Below, piece after piece: positions 63,636 through 64,000 of a DNA stretch of 64,000 bases. The notes under the pieces were generated by a model that saw only the letters and a program-made list of their open reading frames with translations, was not told the origin of the DNA and searched no databases. The first letter of the stretch is position 1, and each line of letters begins with the position of its first letter. This DNA comes from Betaproteobacteria bacterium (GTDB lineage: Bacteria; Pseudomonadota; Gammaproteobacteria; Burkholderiales; SG8-41), in contig JAQGMI010000111.1 in assembly GCA_028292435.1 (NCBI GenBank), positions 5,489 through 69,488 on the forward strand, written 5' to 3'. A program made the translations under genes and the position numbers.

Positions 63636-64000
63636 CTACTCGCTCTTGATTCCGGCTTCCTTGATCACCGCCGACCATTTTTTCATGTCGGCGCGAATGA
63701 CCGCGGCGAATTCCTCCGGCGTATTGCCCACCGCAAATGCGCCTTCGTTGGTGAGGTTCTGCGCGAATTCGGGCGAGCGCACGATTTTCACGATTTCGCG
63801 ATTGAGCTTGTCGATGACAGCTTTCGGCGTGCCCGCCGGCGCGAGGATGCCGTTCCAGCCGCGCGCTTCGTAGCCAGGCAACGCACTGGCGATCGGCGGC
63901 ACGTCGGGCAGCACCGGCAATGATTGCTTCGTGCTGACGCCCAGCGCGCGCACGCGGCCCGATTTCAATTGGGGCATCACGCCGCTGATCGACGCGATCA
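63636..64000 (-). CDS. Bug family (TctC-like) substrate-binding protein, C-terminal part (5' end outside the window)
   Basis: The frame is open to the window edge (…IASISGVMPQLKSGRVRALG). C-terminus IRADMKKWSAVIKEAGIKSE. Confidence 0.85.
   Translation of the reverse strand, partial: IASISGVMPQLKSGRVRALGVSTKQSLPVLPDVPPIASALPGYEARGWNGILAPAGTPKAVIDKLNREIVKIVRSPEFAQNLTNEGAFAVGNTPEEFAAVIRADMKKWSAVIKEAGIKSE

Noticed and set aside
1-64000. Mobile elements, prophage, integron, tRNA or rRNA genes
   Set aside because: I saw no transposase, integrase or phage-like ORF, and no cloverleaf-like or rRNA-like sequence in the intergenic regions. A tRNAscan or Infernal run would be needed to exclude small RNAs.

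Overview
The window is a visibly GC-rich chromosomal segment; I did not compute the GC value. Genes are densely packed: about 62 protein-coding genes, one gene relic, a few clear rho-independent terminators and three intergenic palindromic repeat elements. Reading by eye I found no rRNA, tRNA, CRISPR array, transposase, integrase or phage gene.

The dominant theme is 13 Bug/TctC-type periplasmic solute receptors of the tripartite tricarboxylate transporter family, plus one relic and one NMT1-type binding protein. They are interleaved with catabolic enzymes:
- three MmgE/PrpD proteins
- three SMP-30 lactonases
- three amidohydrolase-2 proteins
- a UbiD decarboxylase
- a CoxM/S/L-type molybdenum hydroxylase
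- a PQQ dehydrogenase with its own cytochrome c
- two carboxypeptidase-G2-like M20 peptidases
- several alpha/beta hydrolases, cupins, a TPP enzyme, a PEP-mutase/isocitrate-lyase protein, an FAH protein and a GST

This Bug expansion is typical of Burkholderiales-type Betaproteobacteria, but that placement is an inference. No TctA/TctB subunit, ABC permease or recognisable transcription factor lies in the window. The only signalling gene is a GAF-GAF-PAS class III adenylate cyclase, which is translationally coupled to a repeat-built coiled-coil protein.

I see no defence or mobile system. The best candidates for undescribed biology, in order:
1. A Bug / PQQ dehydrogenase / cytochrome c / LigI-like amidohydrolase module. 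The dehydrogenase carries the lanthanide-type D-x-D signature, and the module is bracketed by two copies of a palindromic element.
2. A UbiD decarboxylase divergent from a molybdenum hydroxylase, an ACMSD-type amidohydrolase and a Bug receptor.
3. The coiled-coil protein and adenylate cyclase pair.
4. A split AtuA-like/DUF4387 operon that also holds an MmgE/PrpD protein.
5. An SDR-fold protein lacking the catalytic Ser and Tyr.

All functional calls rest on motifs read by eye and on remembered family features. No database search was run.
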